UHGV virus genome: UHGV-0081829
Origin: a virus
Strand: one strand, 5' to 3'
Length of the DNA: 40,614 bases
Of the stretch, positions 36,291 to 40,614 are shown piece by piece. The stretch's first letter is position 1. Each line of letters starts with the position of its first letter. The translations under genes were made by a program, and so were the position numbers. A model generated the notes under the pieces. The model made no database searches. It saw only the letters and a list, made by a program, of their open reading frames with translations, and was not told the origin of the DNA.

Positions 36291-37164
36291 AAATCACAGT
36301 CTTCGGTTTGACTTCACGAATGAATCATCAGCATTTGATAAAAATGGAAACAATAAAATCTCCATCAGAAATGTTAAGTCAACAGTATCCCTGAACTTTG
36401 TTACCGGTCGGGGAGGTGCTCAGGCTGATATATCTCTTTACGGCTTAGGAATTGAAAGACTTGCTGATATATCAGGGAAGGCTGATGGTATTGTTGGGGA
36501 AGGTCAGAAGTTAAATGTTGAGGTATTTGCTGATGATTCTCTTGTTTTCTCCGGCACGATGCTTTCATCAATAGCAAACATGAATTCTGCTCCTGAAAGC
36601 AGTCTGATGATAACAGCCTCTTCTAATGTTGATTTACAGAACATGCCAGCAAGCCCGTTTACAGCGCAGGGGGCGCAAAGTGTTGAAGATGTCATCTCAT
36701 CCATTTGTGCAAGTGCAGGTTATGAAGCTGTGTTTAATAATGTAAAAGGGATGACAACATCAGGAAGTCCGCATTTTGAAGGAAGTGTTTTTGAGCAACT
36801 TTATAGGGTCTGTTCAGATTATGGACTGGCGATGTCAGCTACGCCACCGACAAAAGTAGAGTTCTGGCCTTCAGAAAAAAACAGAGACGATGTAATTCCG
36901 TTTATATCCAGAGAATACGGACTTGTTGGATATCCTGTATTTTCAAATGGGGGACTGATGTTTCAGACGCAATATTCATCTCTCCTTTGCATTGGAAGAT
37001 ATGTGGATATCAAAACAGAACTACCACATGCAAGCGGAAGGTATAAGTTAACCTCCGTTCGGCATGAATTATCATCATGGATGCCAAATGGTTCATGGCA
37101 CTCAATATGTATTGCCGCCAGAACAGCGGAACAAAGAGCAGAGGCGCAACAGAATAATGGATAA
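36283..37164 (+). CDS. Baseplate hub-like protein (TTG start)
   Basis: TTG at 36283 with GAGGA 8 nt upstream; the track's ATG at 36175 would overlap the upstream gene by 116 nt. Confidence 0.5.
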   Translation: MYKNHSLRFDFTNESSAFDKNGNNKISIRNVKSTVSLNFVTGRGGAQADISLYGLGIERLADISGKADGIVGEGQKLNVEVFADDSLVFSGTMLSSIANMNSAPESSLMITASSNVDLQNMPASPFTAQGAQSVEDVISSICASAGYEAVFNNVKGMTTSGSPHFEGSVFEQLYRVCSDYGLAMSATPPTKVEFWPSEKNRDDVIPFISREYGLVGYPVFSNGGLMFQTQYSSLLCIGRYVDIKTELPHASGRYKLTSVRHELSSWMPNGSWHSICIAARTAEQRAEAQQNNG

Positions 37165-37849
37165 GCAACTATTTACTCCAACGCCTGCTCAGGTAAGTGA
37201 GGCTCAATCTCAGGAATATATTTTTGAGATGCTGATGTCTGGATATTTCTTCATTGAGTTAGCGAGAGTTCAGGAAGTCAGGGGGGAAGCACCGGATTTA
37301 GTTGTTGACACTCTTCCTTTACTAACCAGAACAGACCGTACAGGAAAAATGATTTCTAACTCGGTTTTATATGATATTCCTGTATGGCGGTTACAGAGAG
37401 GTAACAGTGCTGTAATTATGGACCCTGTGGCAGGTGATATTGGTCTGATTGCGGTCTGCGACAAAGACACATCACTGGTAAGAAAAAATCGTAAAGAATC
37501 AGTACCTGGAAGCAAAAGACGACACAGCAAATCTGATGCAATTTATCTTGGTGGGGTATTAAACATTGCGCCTACTCAATTCATTGAATTTGCTGATGGT
37601 GCAATAAACATAACCACGCCTAATCCACTAAATATTAAATGTTCATCGTTAAATATTGCTGCTCCTGGTGGAGTCAACATGAATACTCCTTTACTTAAAG
37701 TTAGCGGCGATATTCAGGATAATGCAAGTTCACAGTCATCTACCGTTAAAAATTTAAGGGACAACTATAACAATCACAAACATTCTGTTTCAGGAGTACA
37801 AAATGGTGGGTCAACAATAAATTCCAATGCAACGGATAAACCGACATGA
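37157..37849 (+). CDS. Baseplate spike / assembly protein V-like
   Basis: ATG at 37157 (MDKQLFTP...) overlapping the upstream stop; track ORF 37064..37849. Confidence 0.5.
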   Translation: MDKQLFTPTPAQVSEAQSQEYIFEMLMSGYFFIELARVQEVRGEAPDLVVDTLPLLTRTDRTGKMISNSVLYDIPVWRLQRGNSAVIMDPVAGDIGLIAVCDKDTSLVRKNRKESVPGSKRRHSKSDAIYLGGVLNIAPTQFIEFADGAINITTPNPLNIKCSSLNIAAPGGVNMNTPLLKVSGDIQDNASSQSSTVKNLRDNYNNHKHSVSGVQNGGSTINSNATDKPT

Positions 37850-38205
37850 CATACAGAACTATGCAACTGGACACTTCTACGTGGGACTTGACGCTTGACG
37901 GAAATGGCAATCTGGCGATCGCAGAAGAATCATATTCTGTTGCTCAGGATGTCGCCAGTGCGTGCCTGGTATTTTCTGGAGAGTGTTATTACGACAATAC
38001 GCTTGGGATTCCATGGAAGGCAGAAGTTCTTGGCAGGCGACCATCTCCTGGTTTTATTGCTCAGAAAATGCAGGCTGAAGCACTCAAATTACCTGTCGTT
38101 GAGGATGCTCTGGCATCAGTTTTCTTTGACAAGAATACACGTACAACTCGCGGCACAATCCGCGTTACAGATATCAATGGTAATATTGCACAGGCCACCT
38201 TATGA
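37846..38205 (+). CDS. Baseplate protein (W/gp25-like position)
   Basis: 119 aa; ATGA overlap; precedes the J-like gene. Confidence 0.45.
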   Translation: MTYRTMQLDTSTWDLTLDGNGNLAIAEESYSVAQDVASACLVFSGECYYDNTLGIPWKAEVLGRRPSPGFIAQKMQAEALKLPVVEDALASVFFDKNTRTTRGTIRVTDINGNIAQATL

Positions 38206-39431
38206 CGATATTAAATACGGCTGTTCCTGATGTAACCATCACTGAAAACGGTCTTTCAGTTCCCGACATAGCGGATGTGCTGGCGGGAAGACTTACAGAC
38301 ATGTCAACGGCTCTTGGTGGTGGTGCAAGTCAATCACTGAGTTCACCGCAAGGGCAGATCGCACAGTCTGACACTGAAATTATTGCTCAGGAATACGACA
38401 AACTTCTTTGTTTGTTTAATCAAATTAACCCTGACTTTTCAAACGGCAGATTCCAGGACGGGATTGGTCGGATTTACTTTATGGAGCGGATCGCCGCTCA
38501 GGGAACCGTTGTTACAGCAACATGCATTGGTCAGGTTGGAACAGCCATACCTGCGGGTAGCACTGCTGTTGATGCGAGTGGATATATATATCAGTCAATT
38601 GACAATGCCGTAATACCCTCATCAGGCTCTGTTGATGTGCAGTTTGTCAACACAACAACCGGGCCAATTCCGTGTGCAGCCGGCTCCCTGAATCAGATTT
38701 ATCGAGCCGTTTCCGGGTGGGATGCTGTAAATAATATTAGCCCTGGGGTCGTTGGTGTTGATGTTGAATCACGGATCGCCTTTGAAACTCGCCGGAGGCA
38801 ATCAGTTGCCAGAAACAGTAGAAATCAGGATGCGTCTACATTAGCAGCGTTACTTGCGACAGATGGTGTGCTTGATGCTTACGTATGGTCAAACAGAACT
38901 GCAGAGACAGTAAATAAAGGAACAACGAATTTCCCGATTCTTGCGCATTCTGTTTATATTTGTGTTTATGGTGGGGCTGATACTGATGTTGCTGAGTCAA
39001 TATTCAATACTTATAACCCCGGCGCTAATATGAATGGTGATACAACGTTCACTGTTTACGATAACGTTAATTACATGCCGCCATATCCATCTTACGCCAT
39101 GCAATGGCAAAAGGCATCACCTACGCGGGTTTACTTTAAGGTAAATATCGATGCCTCACTAAATCCCCCAAGTGATATAACTAAGCAAGTAAAGAAAATG
39201 GTTGCTACTGTATTCAATGGAGGGTATGAGGGTATTGGAAAGGCACGAATTGGTTCTACGATAAATGCTGGTAAATACTATGCCCCTGTTATTTCAATAT
39301 CTCCTGATACAGTTGGCATTTTGTCTCTTGAAATTTCTCTCGATGGTTCACTATACGGACCTGCTGTGACTATGGGCATAGACCAGGTTCCAACCATTCA
39401 GGAATCAGATATCACTGTTACATTGTCGTAG
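38202..39431 (+). CDS. Baseplate J-like protein
   Basis: 409 aa; ATGA overlap; position and size consistent with a baseplate wedge J-family protein. Confidence 0.55.
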   Translation: MTILNTAVPDVTITENGLSVPDIADVLAGRLTDMSTALGGGASQSLSSPQGQIAQSDTEIIAQEYDKLLCLFNQINPDFSNGRFQDGIGRIYFMERIAAQGTVVTATCIGQVGTAIPAGSTAVDASGYIYQSIDNAVIPSSGSVDVQFVNTTTGPIPCAAGSLNQIYRAVSGWDAVNNISPGVVGVDVESRIAFETRRRQSVARNSRNQDASTLAALLATDGVLDAYVWSNRTAETVNKGTTNFPILAHSVYICVYGGADTDVAESIFNTYNPGANMNGDTTFTVYDNVNYMPPYPSYAMQWQKASPTRVYFKVNIDASLNPPSDITKQVKKMVATVFNGGYEGIGKARIGSTINAGKYYAPVISISPDTVGILSLEISLDGSLYGPAVTMGIDQVPTIQESDITVTLS

Positions 39432-39441
39432 GGGGAGCGGT

Positions 39442-40080
39442 ATGTGGGAAGACACAATTCTTACCCAGTACTCTGCAAGCAAAAAATTACTATCCATCAT
39501 TGATACCTTTAATCAGGCAATTAGCCTTGATGATTTCACTGATGAGTTTATTAAAAAAATATGGGATTTGACCACCTGTGAGACATTCGGGTTGGACATG
39601 TGGGGTAAAATAGTTGGAATAAGCCGTTATATTAATGCTCCAATAGAAGCCAGTTCTTTCGGATTCAATGAAGCAGATGGCAAAGATCCAGATTACCCAA
39701 CTCCTTTCAACGATTCACCTTTTTTTGGTGGTGTACAGGAGACAACGAATGTCAGGTTGAGTGATGATGCTTACAGAACCCTCATATTTTGCAAAGCATT
39801 CACAAATATAAGTATTGCCACGATCCCTGAAATAAACAGGTTTCTAAATATATTGTTTTATCAAAGAGGGAGAGCATATTGCGTAAATTATCGAGATATG
39901 ACAATAGGAATAACGTTTGAGTTTGATCTTGCGCCATACGAAGAATCGATTCTCACGAATTATGAGGTGATGCCAGTTCCGAGTGGTGTTCTGGTTAATA
40001 TACGTCAAATCATTAGTCCTTATTTTGGCTTTTCATCTGATGCCTATCCGTTTAATGATGGCACATTTTATAGGAATTAA
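39442..40080 (+). CDS. Tail protein (gp I / Mu gp48-like position)
   Basis: 212 aa; GGGGGAG 5 nt upstream; immediately precedes the tail-fibre gene. Confidence 0.45.
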   Translation: MWEDTILTQYSASKKLLSIIDTFNQAISLDDFTDEFIKKIWDLTTCETFGLDMWGKIVGISRYINAPIEASSFGFNEADGKDPDYPTPFNDSPFFGGVQETTNVRLSDDAYRTLIFCKAFTNISIATIPEINRFLNILFYQRGRAYCVNYRDMTIGITFEFDLAPYEESILTNYEVMPVPSGVLVNIRQIISPYFGFSSDAYPFNDGTFYRN

Positions 40081-40082
40081 GC

Positions 40083-40614
40083 ATGAATCGTTCTGACTCA
40101 CCTAAAAAACAACCCAAGCCATTTGGGGTTAATGGACAGAGAGGGGCAATATTGCCAACCACCCCTGCAGGAGATAACTCAGCATCGTATGAACAGGGGT
40201 TTCCTCCAATAACAATGATCCTGAAATCTGCTGGCGGTTTGCCGCCAAAAGGCCAGGATATGAACCAAATTTTATACGAACTTTCTGCTCTGGGTAGATG
40301 GTCGAGTACCGGGGCGCTGAATACTTTTGATTCTGAATTTGCTTCGGAGATTTCTGGATATCCGTCAGGGGCGATGCTCATCTCGGACGATGGGGAAAGA
40401 ATATTCATTAATACAACAGAAGGAAATCTATCTGATCCTAACAACAATGGTGTTGGGTGGAAAGATGCTCTTTCATACCTTGGTTTGGGTGATGGCTCAG
40501 GGATACTTATAAATTGTCAGGTGTTTAAAAGCTCAGGCACATACACACCGACAAAAGGTACAAGATTTATTATTGTTGAAATTGTTGGTGGTGGTGGGGC
40601 CGGTGGTGGTTGTC
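40083..40614 (+). CDS. Tail fibre protein, N-terminal part (runs off the window end)
   Basis: ATG at 40083; frame open to the last base; own translation MNRSDSPKKQPKPFGVNGQRG...VEIVGGGGAGGG ends in a glycine-rich segment. Confidence 0.6.
   Translation, partial: MNRSDSPKKQPKPFGVNGQRGAILPTTPAGDNSASYEQGFPPITMILKSAGGLPPKGQDMNQILYELSALGRWSSTGALNTFDSEFASEISGYPSGAMLISDDGERIFINTTEGNLSDPNNNGVGWKDALSYLGLGDGSGILINCQVFKSSGTYTPTKGTRFIIVEIVGGGGAGGGC

Larger units (their letters stand above)
1..40614. mobile_element. Mosaic lambdoid/P22-like temperate phage (prophage) segment; both ends run off the window
   Basis: Continuous phage gene order with recognisable products (N, cI, cro, cII, NinB/E/F/H, RusA, Q, S/R/Rz/Rz1, terminase, portal, sheath/tube/tape measure, mnt/arc/ant); no integrase or att site seen in the window. 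Confidence 0.9.

Noticed and set aside
1-40614. Integrase, excisionase or attachment site
   Set aside because: No tyrosine or serine recombinase-like ORF and no tRNA-flanked att repeat found in the window; the integration module presumably lies beyond the left edge.

Overview
This window is a contiguous stretch of a mosaic temperate enterobacterial phage (prophage), running off both edges. Left to right: a leftward early operon (Ead/Ea22-like partial gene, Sak4-like ATPase plus partner, small genes, P22 gene-24-type N antiterminator with nutL); an immunity region (cI repressor on the minus strand, divergent cro, cII); replication genes (an HNH protein, an O-like initiator with internal iterons, a DnaC-like loader); a nin region (NinB/E/F, Rha-type antirepressor, RusA, NinH); Q with a candidate pR' promoter and two tRNAs; a phage-21-type lysis cassette (S21 pinholin, SAR endolysin, Rz/Rz1); terminase, portal and head genes; a contractile tail module (sheath, tube, frameshifted chaperone pair, tape measure with lytic transglycosylase domain); a P22 immI-like island (mnt/arc/ant plus cargo genes) inserted between the tape-measure and baseplate genes; then baseplate genes and a truncated tail-fibre gene. 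The best candidate for an undescribed system is the three-gene cassette co-transcribed downstream of cI (4489-6196), in the locus lambda uses for rexAB; I could not assign any of its proteins to a family. A second candidate is the cargo operon downstream of the mnt-like repressor (31061-32580). All calls rest on reading the sequence and the ORF track and on recalled family signatures; no database search was run, so family names and DUF numbers are from memory and unverified. GC differences are judged by eye, not computed.
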